A stretch of 64,000 bases of DNA from Macrostomum lignano (lineage: Eukaryota). The stretch lies in the NCBI GenBank assembly GCA_002269645.1, contig NIVC01000168.1, positions 599,297 through 663,296 on the forward strand. The letters are read 5' to 3'. The notes below the pieces were generated by a model. It searched no databases. It saw only the letters and a list, made by a program, of their open reading frames with translations, and was not told the origin of the DNA. Of this stretch, positions 13,101-25,871 are shown piece after piece. Made by a program: the position numbers and the translations under genes. Positions within the stretch are counted from its first letter, which is position 1. Each line of letters starts with the position of its first letter.

Positions 13101-13568
13101 ATGATTCTATTCGTAGACTCGCCGACGCAAATCGCAAATTTTATTTACCAAAAGTGCACAGCCAGGCAGAGGAGATTCGCTCCCAGTGGAACTTTCTCGG
13201 GCGCAGATTTGCGCGCCAAATCTCCGGAAGCGACTCTCGCATTTGCATAATCAAATCGCGGGCAACAGTCAGCCTGGCCCGTCACCCCTAGCAACAATTC
13301 ATCGCGTTAATGCAGTTCTGAAAGCATTGCCCGTGCGTGGCCTTGCAATCCAGACTGGGGGTTTCTGCTTCCAGATCTGCTTCAAAACCCGATTGTTTCT
13401 CTCCTCATTGTGTTCGTGCGCCTAAAAATGGACTCAGAGTTTAGGGCTGCATCGATCCCAACTCATCTGAGAGGTTCGCCCTAATGCTCATATAACTCGC
13501 AGGCTCTCTCCGATGCTTTGATGCAAAGCAGCTCAGCGTCCTAACTCTCGCGCGCACATCCCCTTGAT

Positions 13569-13880
13569 CCCGTTGTAGCCTAGTGGTTAGAGCGTCGGAC
13601 TCACGACTTGAAGGTCGGGGGTTCGATTCCCGATCCTACTGGAACAGTTTGCGTCCTTGAGCAAGACACAACTCTGCACTGCTGCAGTTCACACAGCTGT
13701 AAAATGGGTGCCAGCATTAGCTGGGGTAATTGAGGGTGTGTGTGGTGACCCCCCAGTCCTTGGACTGAACAGCCGTACGCAGCCTTCAGATGAGCCGCGC
13801 AATGGCTGCGGCTGAGCTGTCGGTAGCACATCTGGCCGAATTGAGGCAGGTGTAATTGGTTATTAAAATTATTTATTAAT
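13569..13880 (+). mobile_element. tRNA-derived CORE-type SINE, copy 1
   Basis: A-box TAGCCTAGTGGTTAGAGCG; B-box GGTTCGATTCC; central TCCTTGAGCAAGACAC...CAGTT...CTGTAAAATGGG resembling the MIR/CORE domain; AT-rich tail; two more copies in the window. Confidence 0.85.
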
Positions 13881-14457
13881 TTGTCTGCGCACAGTATCGG
13901 CGCGCTTGTGTGTGCTCAGGAGTCAGCAGAATTGACGATGATGATGTGGTCAACGAAGGCGTTGCGCCGGGGTGCCTGCAGCCCTCAGATAGGGTTTTCC
14001 CCACCCTCACTTGTCTTAGTTCTCAGGTCTCACCCAGCTGCCGAATCCCCAGTCATTATCCCAAATGCCAGGAATGGCACGAAGCGATCCAGCCAAACTT
14101 GTTTTTATATTTCGATAAACAAGCCTCCGACGCGCACCTGCCGCATGGCCTGCAGAGGCACTCAAGCGTAAAAAATTAGTTTCCAATTGCAAATTATTCC
14201 AATACTCGATCGAAATACAGCCGCCCACAAGCGGAAAAAACATCTGTGACCTGAGTGGGAGGGGCGTCGAGCCTCCCCGATGCCCAATTATGGTTCATTT
14301 GAGGCGAGGTCTGACTGCTTTCTTTCTGTTTATATGATTTTCTACGCACAACACTTGTCAGATGAACCGACAGAACAACAAGTTCATACTTGCCTGTAGG
14401 GAGTGCTAACGCATAGCTAACACTTCCTGAGGAGCCTCAGTCTGACCCACCCGCATT

Positions 14458-14896
14458 ATCTGAGCTACACCCACCTGCATCATCTGAGCTACACCCACCT
14501 GCATCATCTGAGCTACACCCACCTGCATCATCTGAGCTACACCCACCTGCATCATCTGAGCTACACCCACCTGCATCATCTGAGCTACACCCACCTGCAT
14601 CATCTGAGCTACACCCACCTGCATCATCTGAGCTACACCCACCTGCATCATCTGAGCTACACCCACCTGCATCATCTGAGCTACACCCACCTGCATCATC
14701 TGAGCTACGCCCACCTGCATCATCTGAGCTACACCCACCTGCATCATCTGAGCTACACCCACCTGCATCATCTGAGCTACAACCACCTGCATCATCTGAG
14801 CTACATCCACCTGCATCATCTGAGCTACACCCACCTGCATCATCTGAGCTACGCCCACCTGCATCATCTGAGCTACACCCACCTGCATCATCTGAG
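14458..14896. repeat. 24-bp minisatellite (CTGAGCTACACCCACCTGCATCAT)n, about 18 copies
   Basis: Direct periodicity; gives the artefactual (MMQVGVAQ)n ORF. Confidence 0.96.
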
Positions 14897-16339
14897 GTTC
14901 ATAAAATTGTTTACCTCTCAGCTGGAACAGATGAGGAAATTGGATTTCGAACCGCACCTAGGACAGGATATTGATTAGAAATTCTTTGTTTCCTGAGAAT
15001 TGCCTGAGATCACAGAATTATGGCGGGAAGCGGAGGTTCCCAGATAGATGGAGCACAAAGGCAGGGATAAAAGAGGAACAAAGCAGGAATCTGAATCTTT
15101 GATTAGAGGAGGCGGAAGCGGTGCGGGGAAGGCAAAGACAAAGGGGAGAGGCGGACACTGATCCCGTTTGAGCGCCGCATTCACCGAGAGAGTTCTTTTG
15201 TGGCAAAATTTTCAATAATTTCAGCTAATTATAACTGGCTAAGGTGACTCAGAGGAAAAAAGTTTTAATACGCAAAATTTTAACAATAAGATCTCATAAA
15301 AACCTACGGGTTGGAGAGCGTAATGAAGAGTCCGTTAATGGTTAAAACAGGCAGTGCCGACCGTAATCAGGAAACTTAATTTCAAGAGGAAAAAATTAGT
15401 GGTGGGAATGGAAAATTAATAAATTTAAAATTTTTTTTTTGAAAAATGGTTAAAAAAGATAAGACCCCTGCTACCCTTGCCGCTGGGCCACCAATAAAGG
15501 GCTTCTGGTAATGGCGTAAAGCATAGGAATCTAGTCCTTGAGAATCTCAACCCTTGGAGTCTCACCAGCCCGTCAGACTCACCCTTCCAGTAGCGTCGAA
15601 CCTCTTGAGCTCCCCCTCCAAGAGCTACGAGCACTCACCCATCGAAGCTATCGTATGCTTTGAGACCCGCACCCTGTGAGGATCGAATACCCTTGAAAAC
15701 CTTGAGCTACGATATCAAAGTTGAGAGCCCACAGCTATTTATAGAGAATTAATGCAGGCCTCTCAGAGTCTGCGAGCCCACGCCAGCACCCCAGCTCTCC
15801 GACACGCTCTCTCAGAGATTCAATTTTACCCCGTCTTGAGCTCGAAAACATCTGCGGTTTTCAACCGGGGCCGGCCGCAGGAGCAGCAATCTGAAGCCGA
15901 GGCCAGGAGCCGCTCTCTCGGGCGGCCACGCCACGCCATGCACTTTATTAAACCGAGAGAACCCAGGGTCAACTCTGCTCGAAGCTCTGTAAAGCTCTAT
16001 TCAATACTAGAAGCAATACTCGCGGCTGAGCGGAGGTGCTCTGCCGGGCCTGGCCATCAATCACCCAATCACGCCACTGCACTGGAAATCAGAAGAACAA
16101 AAATACAAGGCAAACAGGGACAGCCGCGTAGCCAACTGTGAGTAATGTGGAGAATCCAAGAATTTATCACCCCAATATAACATTGCTGCAGAGGGCAAGA
16201 GGAGCACCGTGTGGGGCTGTAAAACAACTTCTACAGTCATGTGACTGCATGGCGAGTGTATTAAGCGCTTGCCTGACTGTGTGCAGACGTGATTTACAGA
16301 ATTGAGGATCTTCTAATGATTATTTAGATAGCTTTGAGA

Positions 16340-16940
16340 GCTCCATATTTGAGACTTGAAATCTTACCTTCGAGGTCTGGATATCTCACATTTGATATCT
16401 AAAAATCTCACCTTTGAGATCTGGATATTTTACCTTTAAGTCAAGAAATCCCACCTTCGAGGTCTGGAAATCTCAAATTTGAGATCAGGAAAAAATCTCA
16501 CCTTGAGGTCAGTCTGGAAATCTCACCTTTGAGGTCTGGAAATCTCACCTTTGAGATCTGGAAATCTCGCATTTGATATCTAAAAATCTCACCTTTGATC
16601 TGGAAATCCCACTTTTGAGGTCTGGATATTTCACCTTTAAGTCAAGAAATCACACCTTTGAGGTCTGGAAATCTCAAATTTGAGATCAGGAAAAAATCTC
16701 ACTTTGAGGTCTGGAAATCTCAGCTTTGAGATCTGGAAATCTTACTTTTGAAGTCTGGAAATTTCACCTTTAAGTCAAGAAATCCCACCTTTGAGGTCTG
16801 GAAATCTCAAATTTGAGATCCGGAAATCTCACCTTGAGGTCTGGAAATCTCAACTTGAGGTCTGGAAATCTCATCTTGAGGTCTGGAAATTTCATCTCGA
16901 GATCTGAAAGTCTCACCTTTGAGGACTGAAAATCTCACCA
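16340..16940. repeat. Degenerate about 22-bp minisatellite (GAGGTCTGGAAATCTCACCTTT)n
   Basis: Recurrent motif with many variants. Confidence 0.85.
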
Positions 16941-17398
16941 ACGTGGTCCCGAGACCCCGTATTAAACGTTAAAGGACTCTATTACCGGAATTAACCTTCG
17001 AACTTCAACCAAAATTTTACAAGGTTGACAAACGTAAAAAGATGGAGCAAAAACGTTCTGCCGCACACGCCAATCTTGTATACCAGTCACAAGCAGACAG
17101 CGGAGCGAAGCCCGTTCATTACAAGAGAAAAGAACAACAAACCGTGGCTGCCATAAAGCAGCAGACAGCGGCTCCACTCTCTCCCAGCCGCCCTTCCTCA
17201 TATTTCACTGCACCAGCTGACCAGCCGAGTAATTATATTACGAAGTAGCACCAGGGCTAGTGGCAAGACAGCTCAAGGAGATCTATATACTCGTAGATTC
17301 TAACTCTGGAGCGGAAGCTGATTGATTGGCCGAAGCCTGCTCTTTCAACTTGATTGAGCTGGCCCCAGATATTAAGTTGACAACAAAGATATTAAGTT

Positions 17399-17875
17399 GC
17401 CAGAGGGCGGCGCTGTTCCAGGCGGTGATCGAGACCGTCCTGTTATACAACGCCGAGACCTGGACGCTGACAGACTCGCTCGAGGCTCAAGTCGACGCGG
17501 CGCACGCTGGCCTGCTGCGCGCCGCCTTCAAGATCGGCAACGAGCGAGTCACCAACACGGCGCTCTATCATCGCGCCGGCCTGGCCCGTCCTAGCGATCT
17601 GCTGCGCCGTCGGCGACTCCAGCTGGCAGGCCACGTCATCCGCGCCGAGGCCTACTGTCCGGAGCCGGTGCAGGAGGTGCTGCTACTTACGTTGCAGGCA
17701 CCCTACCGGCGGGGACAGGCGAAGACTCGGCGCTACGTCGACTGTCTGCTGGCTGACGCCGGCGCCCCGGACTCTGCCGGCGGTGCGGCTTTTGTTCGCG
17801 CCCAAGCTTTGAAGCGCGCCATCTGACGCCGCTTTTGTGAACTGGCAGCGTACTCTGTTGTTGTTGTTGTTGTTG
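17399..17875 (+). mobile_element. 5'-truncated RTE-clade LINE (family A): ORF C-terminus, 3'UTR and (TGT)n tail
   Basis: FQAVIETVLLYNAETWTL...RRRRLQLAGHVIR; (TTG)n tail; 14-bp TSD GTTGACAACAAAGA at 17376-17389 and 17872-17885. Confidence 0.9.
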
Positions 17876-18654
17876 ACAACAAAGAGATCATATTGAATTG
17901 AGTATTTCAGAGCGCTAGTCCTCGGCTTAACTAAAAGTAAGCGCCGTAACTTTCCAAGAAAGCAAGCATGGCACCAAGAACTATTAAGATCCTACAAGTT
18001 TCCTCTCCAGAACACTCTAACAAGAACTTCATGACCAGGCCGTTATGTACACGCAAGCTGGCATTCCACACTGCAGCCGCAGAGGCTCCGATCTCCCTGC
18101 CAGATTCTCCAGCAGGCCAAAGCAGAAAAGTTCCCCAGGCCAAGCAAATCGTCAATTGGCGGGGGCCGCAGCAGCGGTGGCGCGGACGGGGCCGATCGAA
18201 ATGTCGTTCGTTCGCCGCCATCCATTCGAAATCCATCCGGCCTTTCGTCTCCCTTCCTCCCTGCTTGCCCGGCAGTCGGCAATTGTTCCTCTTTGCGCAC
18301 AGCAGCGCGAAAACAGCCTTCAGTCTGGAACTGCACTTTTCCCTCTTGATGGGGCGGGGGGACTCTTTTTGCTTTAGATGACTGTGGAGCGCCATGCGTG
18401 GCGAATTCCTCCCTAGTTCAGCTGCGCAATGGAGTGAGCACGCAGTTTAAGTTTCAAATGTTTCAATGGTTTGTTGAAAATCACTTTAGAGCTCCATTTT
18501 CTCATATTGATTGTCAAAACCAATACTCTAACTATCTTGTTTCATTTTAATACCCCATATCTCATTATTCACCAGCAAAACGGGTACTTTATCACGAAGT
18601 CAAATAGAGAACTTCAAACAAGACGCCACCATCTTCATCGTATATTTCATCCGG

Positions 18655-20823
18655 AATTTTTTTACATCTCGGCAGTGCACAACTCCCGGCGAAATGCTAA
18701 GCGATTGGGCCGGATCAGAAGGCAGTTCCGGTGTGATTGAATCTGATCATAAGGCAGTTCCGGTGTGACTGAACCGGATCATAAGGCAGTTCCGGTGTGA
18801 CTGAACCGGATCATAAGGCAGTTCCGGTGTGACTGAACCGGATCATAAGGCAGTTCCGGTGTGACTGAATCGGATCATAAGGCATTTCCGGTGTGACTGA
18901 ATCGGATCATAAGGCATTTCCGGTGTGACTGAATCGGATCATAAGGCATTTCCGGTGTGACTGAATCGGATCATAAGGCATTTCCGGAGATGTTGAATCT
19001 GATCATAAAGGAAGTTCCGGTGTGCTTGAATTGGATCATAAGACAGTTCCGGTGTGATTGAACCGGATCATAAGGCATTTCCGGTGTGACTGAATCGGAT
19101 CATAAGGCATTTCCGGTGTGATTGAATCGGATCATAAGGCAGTTCCGGTGTGATTGAACCGGATCAGAATGCAGTTCTGGTGTGATTAAATCGGATCATA
19201 AGGCAGTTCCGGAGATGTTGAATCTGATCATAAAGGAAGTTCCGGTGTGCTTGAATTGGATCATAAGACAGTTCCGGTGTGATTGAACCGGATCATAAGG
19301 CATTTCCGGTGTGACTGAATCGGATCATACGGCATTTCCGGTGTGATTGAATCGGATCATAAGGCAGTTCCGGTGTGACTGAATCGGATCATAAGGCATT
19401 TCTGGTGTGATTAAATCGGATCATAAGGCAGTTCCGGAGATGTTGAATCTGATCATAAAGGAAGTTCCGGTGTGCTTGAATTGGATCATAAGGCAGTTCC
19501 GGTGTGATTGAACCGGATCAGAAGGCATTTCCGGTGTGATTAAATCGGATCATAAGGCAGTTCCGGAGATGTTGAATCTGATCATAAGGCAGTTCTGGTG
19601 TGATTGAATCGGACCATAAGGCGTTTCCGGTGACTGGACCTGGACCAGAAGGCAGGTCTCATGATGAGTCATCATGGGTAAGACATGGGTAAGACATACA
19701 AAAGGGTTTAAAATAATTGATTAATTAAGCAGACAGCAAAGCTGGCGGCATCCGATAATGATCAAGGGATGCGATAAAACCGATTATATTATAGCCAAAC
19801 TATAATTTTTTTACATCTCGGCAGTGCACAACTCCCGGCGAAATGCTAAGCGATTGGGCCGGATCAGAAGGCAGTTCCGGTGTGATTGAATCTGATCATA
19901 AGGCATTTCCGGTGTGACTGAACCGGATCATAAGGCAGTTCCGGTGTGACTGAACCGGATCATAAGGCAGTTCCGGTGTGACTGAACCGGATCATAAGGC
20001 AGTTCCGGTGTGACTGAATCGGATCATAAGGCATTTCCGGTGTGACTGAATCGGATCATAAGGCATTTCCGGTGTGACTGAATCGGATCATAAGGCATTT
20101 CCGGTGTGACTGAATCGGATCATAAGGCATTTCCGGAGATGTTGAATCTGATCATAAAGGAAGTTCCGGTGTGCTTGAATTGGATCATAAGACAGTTCCG
20201 GTGTGATTGAACCGGATAATAAGGCATTTCCGGTGTGACTGAATCGGATCATAAGGCATTTCCGGTGTGATTGAATCGGATCATAAGGCAGTTCCGGTGT
20301 GATTGAACCGGATCAGAATGCAGTTCTGGTGTGATTAAATCGGATCATAAGGCAGTTCCGGAGATGTTGAATCTGATCATAAAGGAAGTTCCGGTGTGCT
20401 TGAATTGGATCATAAGACAGTTCCGGTGTGATTGAATCGGATCATAAGGCATTTCCGGTGTGACTGAATCGGATCATAAGGCATTTCCGGTGTGATTGAA
20501 TCGGATCATAAGGCAGTTCCGGTGTGACTGAATCGGATCATAAGGCATTTCTGGTGTGATTAAATCGGATCATAAGGCAGTTCCGGAGATGTTGAATCTG
20601 ATCATAAGGCAGTTCTGGTGTGATTGAATCGGACCATAAGGCGTTTCCGGTGACTGGACCTGGACCAGAAGGCAGGTCTCATGATGAGTCATCATGGGTA
20701 AGACATGGGTAAGACATACAAAAGGGTTTAAAATAATTGATTAATTAAGCAGACAGCAAAGCTGGCGGCATCCGATAATGATCAAGGGATGCGATAAAAC
20801 CGATTATATTATAGCCAAACTAG
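18655..20823. repeat. Two tandem copies (18655-19803, 19804-20823) of a 1.0-1.15-kb unit built around a 31-bp satellite (CGGATCATAAGGCAGTTCCGGTGTGACTGAA)
   Basis: Identical unique flanks (AATTTTTTTACATCTCGGCAGTGCAC... and ...ATAGCCAAACTA) in both copies; same order of variant units. Confidence 0.95.
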
Positions 20824-20922
20824 CAATGCAACGGGCACGGTAAATGCACGCACAGAATGGGCCAGATAGACTATCATATACTACTCATATTAACATAGTT
20901 CTTATGCACTGCTATCAGCCCG

Positions 20923-23520
20923 TCAGTCCTGCTCCGCATCCTCCTTCTGGCCGATGGCCCGGTCGGCGAAGCGCAGCCGCAGCACGAAGTTGCCGCCGCG
21001 CTCCTGCTGGCCGAGGCCGACCAGCTCGCGGTTGTTGGCCAGCACCAGCGCCTCTGTGGACAGCATCGCGTTCGGCCACTGCGCCATGCCGCCCGAGGAC
21101 TTGTCGGTCGCTCTGGCGTTGCTGAACCGCAGCGTTGAAGTTGGCAGCGGGCATTTGGCCTCGTCGAACACTCGGCGAAGCTGGTGCTCCTGGTAATAAA
21201 AGTGCGCGAAAAATACTGTTAGTAGGCTGAATTGCGTTTTCTTTCGATAAATGAAAAAATACAAAAAAACGGATTCGAAGTAATTACTATCAGATTGGAG
21301 ACAACATGTATGATGAATGGATGCGACATTTTTTAATAGCCATAGTTAGTTTGCGTCATGCATTTTGAGTCATAAGCAGTCTGGGTGAGTCATAAAGTCA
21401 CCTGAATCTGAAAACTCACCTGAATCCCGGGCGGGCAGTTCCAATAGTAGAGGGTGCGGAACGGTGGCGCCGGCTTGTTGCTGGCCGCCTGCCTCGGAGT
21501 GGTGAACCGATTGTTGGCGCAGTCCGAGTAGTCAACGAACCCGGGACTCTTGTCTGGCAGGGCCCGGTCCAGCGCCACTCCGTGCGGCGCCGAGTCCTTG
21601 GTCAGCCTGGCCAGCGGCGTCGGTGACACCCGAAGGCAGCTACCGAACATCCTGGCGCCGTCCAGGCAGCTGCCGACCCGGCAGGCCGAGGCAACGTCGC
21701 CAACTTCAACGTAGGCGCCGATCAGGGGACCGGGGGGAGGCGGCGGCTGTCCGGGTGGCAGCTGCTGGCCCGGCGGCCGGCTCAGCAGGCAGATGCCGAT
21801 CACGTTGCCGTACAGGCAGATGAGGTTGAACAGCCGGTCGCAGGTGAACACGCCGGAGTCCAGGCCGGAGAGCAGCAGCACGGGAGTGACGCGGTGGGGC
21901 GGCCCGGGCTCCTGCTGAATGCTCGGGTCGCGGGTGAAGTCGAAGGCGTCCGGGGTGTTGCGGACTATCGTGAGCTCGGGGGGCAGCGCGAAGTCCACCT
22001 GGTGTTGCGGGGGTCGGGATGGTTTTACTTCAGCAGTAATTAATCTGGACGGGTGAGAATGGATATCTTAGGTGAGAAAAGACATCCTAGATAGGTGAGA
22101 ATTGACATCCTAGACAGGGGAGAATAGACATTCTATACAGGTGAGAATAGACATCCTAGACAGGTGAGAATAGACATCATAAACGCGGGTGAGAATATAT
22201 AACATAGACAGGTGAGAATCGAAATTCTATACAGGTGAGAAGACACCCTAAACAGGTGAGAATAGACATCCCAGACAGGTGAGAATGGATAGCATAGACA
22301 GGTGAGACTGGACATCCTAGAGTTTAGAATAGACATCCCAGACAGGTGAGAATAGACATCCTAGACAGTTTAGAATGGGCATTTAAGACAGGTGAGAATA
22401 GACATTAAAAATAAGTGGGAAGGAATCCCAAATGCCAAGACCCAGGGGCTGAAATAACTGCCTCACCTTAACAGTACAGCAGCCGTCAAAGAAGTCCAGC
22501 CCATTTAGCCTGGCCTTGGCGGTCACCGCCTGTTCAATGTGAGCGAATTCAACCATAGCATGCAGCTGGCAACTCGGGCCCTTGCGAAACATCACAGCCC
22601 GGCACACCTGGCCAAACCGTGAGCAGGCGGCGTGCAGCATCTCCATGCTGACTGGCAGGCTGGGCTCGGCCCTGTAGAACACCAGCAGCAGCACCCGGTT
22701 GGGAGCCGGGAAGCCGTCGCCGCGGTGCATGATGCGGATAATGGACGACTCGACTACGTGGATGCCGCCAAGAGCGCCCGACCTGCGGGCGGGACGAGAG
22801 GGAAATATTGATGAGGGAAGGGGAAGAAATCACTTCCATGGGAAGACTGGGAGAGGAAGACGGGAAGAGGAAGACGGGGAAAGGGAGACTGGAAGAGGGA
22901 GATGGGAAGAGGGAGAGGGAAACGGGGAGAGGGAGACGGGGAGATGGGAGACGGGGAGAGGGAGACTGGAAGAGGGAGATGGGAGACGGGGAGAGGGAGA
23001 CTGGAAGAGGGAGATGGGAGACGGGGAGAGGGAGACTGGAAGAGGGAGATGGGAAGAGGGAGACTGGAAGAGGGAGAAAAGGACGAGATGGAGCCCAAAC
23101 ACACAAAGGTAAGCACCGCAGGCCCTCCAAAGCAGCCGGTGCCAGAGCTCACTTTGCCAGCTCGAAAGTCCTAGCAACGGATCTCTGCTCCTGGAATTCA
23201 ACGAGGGCCCGCCGTTTATGCGGCATCGTCCAGATTCGGCTGATTCGGCCGATGCGGCCGAACGCCTCGGACAGGTCGGCCTCGGAGACGTTCGCGGGAA
23301 GGTCGCGGGCCATCACCACCAAGGAGGACCGCTCTGAGCCCGGCCGCTGGTGCTGGGCCCGGAACTCCTCAGAGCGGCCCGCCGGGTCCGGCCGGTAGTG
23401 GTCACCGTACGGCACTCGGGCAGCGGGCCGGCCTCCGCGGCCGCCGCGACCTCTTGGGCCGCCTCTGGGCGGGCCGCCGCGAGACCCGCCGCCTCTGAAA
23501 GGAGCGCCGCGACTTGCCAT
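20923..23520 (-). CDS. HNRNPL: Heterogeneous nuclear ribonucleoprotein L-like (PTB/hnRNP L family, 4 RRMs), about 509 aa, 4 exons
   Basis: Exons 23520-23153, 22782-22467, 21998-21420 and 21189-20923 with consistent phases. RGG-rich N-terminus; ALVEF; AMVEF...AKARLNGLDFFDGCCTVKVDF; DRLFNLICLYGNV; NNRFTTPRQAASNK...PPFRTLYYWNCPP, all matching hnRNP L motifs. Confidence 0.88.
22030..22400. repeat. Degenerate about 23-bp minisatellite (TAGACAGGTGAGAATAGACATCC)n in hnRNP L-like intron 2
   Basis: Recurrent motif. Confidence 0.85.
22810..23080. repeat. Polypurine/polypyrimidine repeat (GGGAGACGGGGAGAGGGAGACTGGAAGA-like) in hnRNP L-like intron 1
   Basis: Direct. Confidence 0.9.
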
Positions 23521-24238
23521 GGTTGAAGGCGAGTGCGCGGGGGTGGGCCAGTTAGACAATGGCAACTCTGTCATGGCTAAGGTGGCTGCAAACCCTCCCT
23601 GATGCTTCAGATAGCTGGTGACTTCTCAGAAGTTACTAATAAGACTTCTTAACAAGCTTCAAAAAATAAAAGAAGCACGAACAAAAGAACCATTAAAGTT
23701 GTTCATTAGAATACTTTATCTTAATCCGCATTGCAATCAGAGGCAAATTTACCTCCAGTCTACTAAAATAGTAGTAGTTGAGTAGGGTCCGCATACACAC
23801 GAATGAGCCATATCAAAGGTTTTGGCAGCGAGAGCATAACACAGTGAGCAACAACTGTCATTCTGTTAATTACGGCACCAAAATAATTAATTAAAGGCCA
23901 CGAACATGATTAATTAAAAGCCTCAGTTAATGACAACCGGAAAACAAATACAGATAGCAATAGATTATATAATTCTTATACAATAGATTATTGATACTAA
24001 TATGACCGTCAAACGTTATTCTCGACTAGATCCCGTGTTGCATTGATCTTAAAACTATAAAGGACCAGTAAAAAGCAATGCGATAACAATTAATTCTACT
24101 TTAACCTTTTTGTTTCTAATGAACTCTTTCACTTTCTTTAGACAATAAAACTGGAAATCAACGGCATCTTTGGCAGCAAAAAAAGTACAAAGTCCCTGTA
24201 GAATGAGAAGGTTTAAAAAGGGTTCTATGAATTGACAT

Positions 24239-25289
24239 TCAACTGTCCTTCTTGGCCAGCGGCCGCTTTGCCTTGCGACCGCCGCTAGCCGTGGTGGTGG
24301 CGGCAGCCGCAGCGGCCGCAGGGTAGGCGGTGCGAATGTAGAACCGGACAATCAGGCAGGCCACGGCCGAGCTGACGCCCATCAGGTTCGGCAGCTGCAA
24401 ACGGCAGGATGGGGCTGCTGGTTTAATTTAGAAAATTTAACTTACCTGGCTACCAATCTGCCTGTGGTAAAAAGTCGTCAAAAATTCAGTTCGAGCAGGC
24501 AAACAGACAGACAGGGAAATAGACAGACAGAAGACAGACAGACAAACGACAGGACAGACAGACAGAGAGACAGACAGGCAAATAGACAAGCAGACAGACA
24601 GACAAGCAGACAGGCAAACAGACAGACAGACAGACAAGCAGACAGGCAAACAGAGAAGCAGATAAGCAGACAGACAGACAGACAGGCAAACAGACAGGCA
24701 AACAGACAGGAAACTCACCACCACATTGAAGTCGCCAATGGCCTGTCCATAGAGACTCCACAGGCCGCTGCAGAGGGCGCCGGCCAGCAGGATCGGCAGA
24801 TGGGTGCCGCCGGCGTCGCGGCTGGCCAGCATGCGGCCGATGTCCAGCAGCGGCAGCAGCATGAAGACGGTGTTCACCAGGCTGCAGCTGGCACCGAGAT
24901 GGCGCACGAACTCATCGTGGCTAGACAGCCAGTACAGGTGATAATACAGGGCTGAGAAATAGGCCAGCAGGGCCGTGAACTTGTAGCTGAAGCTGGTCTG
25001 CGGAAAATTATTCAGTTAAATATTGACCACTATACTTGAAGTAGGCATGGCGGACTGTATGGCGAAATGACAGTATCGACGTTCAGTGTGCAGGTGGCTC
25101 CTCAGGTTGGGGCAACAGTGGGAACTCAGCCAGCCAAGTGTAGACGGCAAGTAAATAATAATAATTGATTACACCTGCCCGAATGGCCAGATGTGCAGCC
25201 GACAGCTCAGCCGCAGCTATTGCGCGGCACATCTGAAGGCGGCGTACGGCTGTTCAGTCCAAGGACTGGGGGTCGCCACACACACACAG

Positions 25290-25320
<31 letters not shown>

Positions 25321-25871
25321 CACACACACACACAGCCAATGCTGGCACCCATTTTACAGCTGGGTGAACTGAAGCAACGCAGAGTCAAGCGTCTTGCTCA
25401 AGGCCACAAATTGTTCCGAGTGGGGCGAGATTCGAACCCCCGACCTATCAGTCGTGAGTCCGACACTCTAACCACTAGGCTACAACCCCTGCCAGACAGC
25501 AAGGCATGGCCAGTGAATATCCTACAAGACCCAAGCTTTTTATGCCTGGTATGCCTGTGCATCAAAACGAAGTGCAGAGTGGAAACTCACCCAATCAGGG
25601 CTGTAAATCAGGTACAGAATCACATAAGCCGAATTCAATGCCAAACCAATTCCATTTAAAGTTATAAGATTGAAGTTCCCAATTAAAGAGCCATAATGCA
25701 GCCAGCCAAGGCCACTGAAAGTGAAACCATATATAGTAATTTTTTATTAAGTAGATTATTAATACAGAGCCATAATTATGAGTAGCAACTCACTTGGCAA
25801 TTGAAAACAGAAAGAAAAGCACAGGAGCATTTGATGCGTCTTTAGTCTTGTAAACATGGTAGCTGGATGGC
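24239..25871 (-). CDS. SLC50A1: SWEET (MtN3/saliva, SLC50A1-like) sugar transporter, 5'-partial; TM1 exon not located
   Basis: Exons 25871-25794, 25714-25591, 24997-24719 and 24394-24239 in consistent phases. Motifs KTKDASNAPVLFFLFSIANGLGWLHYG, LNGIGLALNSAY, LPLLDIGRMLASRD, GLWSLYG...LPNLMG. Confidence 0.88.
24490..24712. repeat. Degenerate (GACA)n microsatellite in the last SWEET intron
   Basis: Direct. Confidence 0.92.
25153..25488 (-). mobile_element. tRNA-derived CORE-type SINE, copy 2, with an internal (CA)n expansion, in a SWEET intron
   Basis: Reverse-complement match to the 13569 copy (head, core and AAT tail). Confidence 0.85.

Noticed and set aside
13569-13645. tRNA-like sequence (also at about 25415-25488 and 38355-38432)
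   Set aside because: No proper acceptor stem, and it continues into a conserved SINE body and tail; SINE head, not a tRNA gene
15318-15350. Hammerhead-ribozyme-like TAATGAAGAGTCC...GGTTAAAAC
   Set aside because: Core CTGATGA and GAAA are both broken and stems I and III were not found
18655-20823. CRISPR-like regular repeats (also the other 20-41-bp arrays)
   Set aside because: Units are contiguous with no unique spacers, there are no cas genes, and the context is eukaryotic
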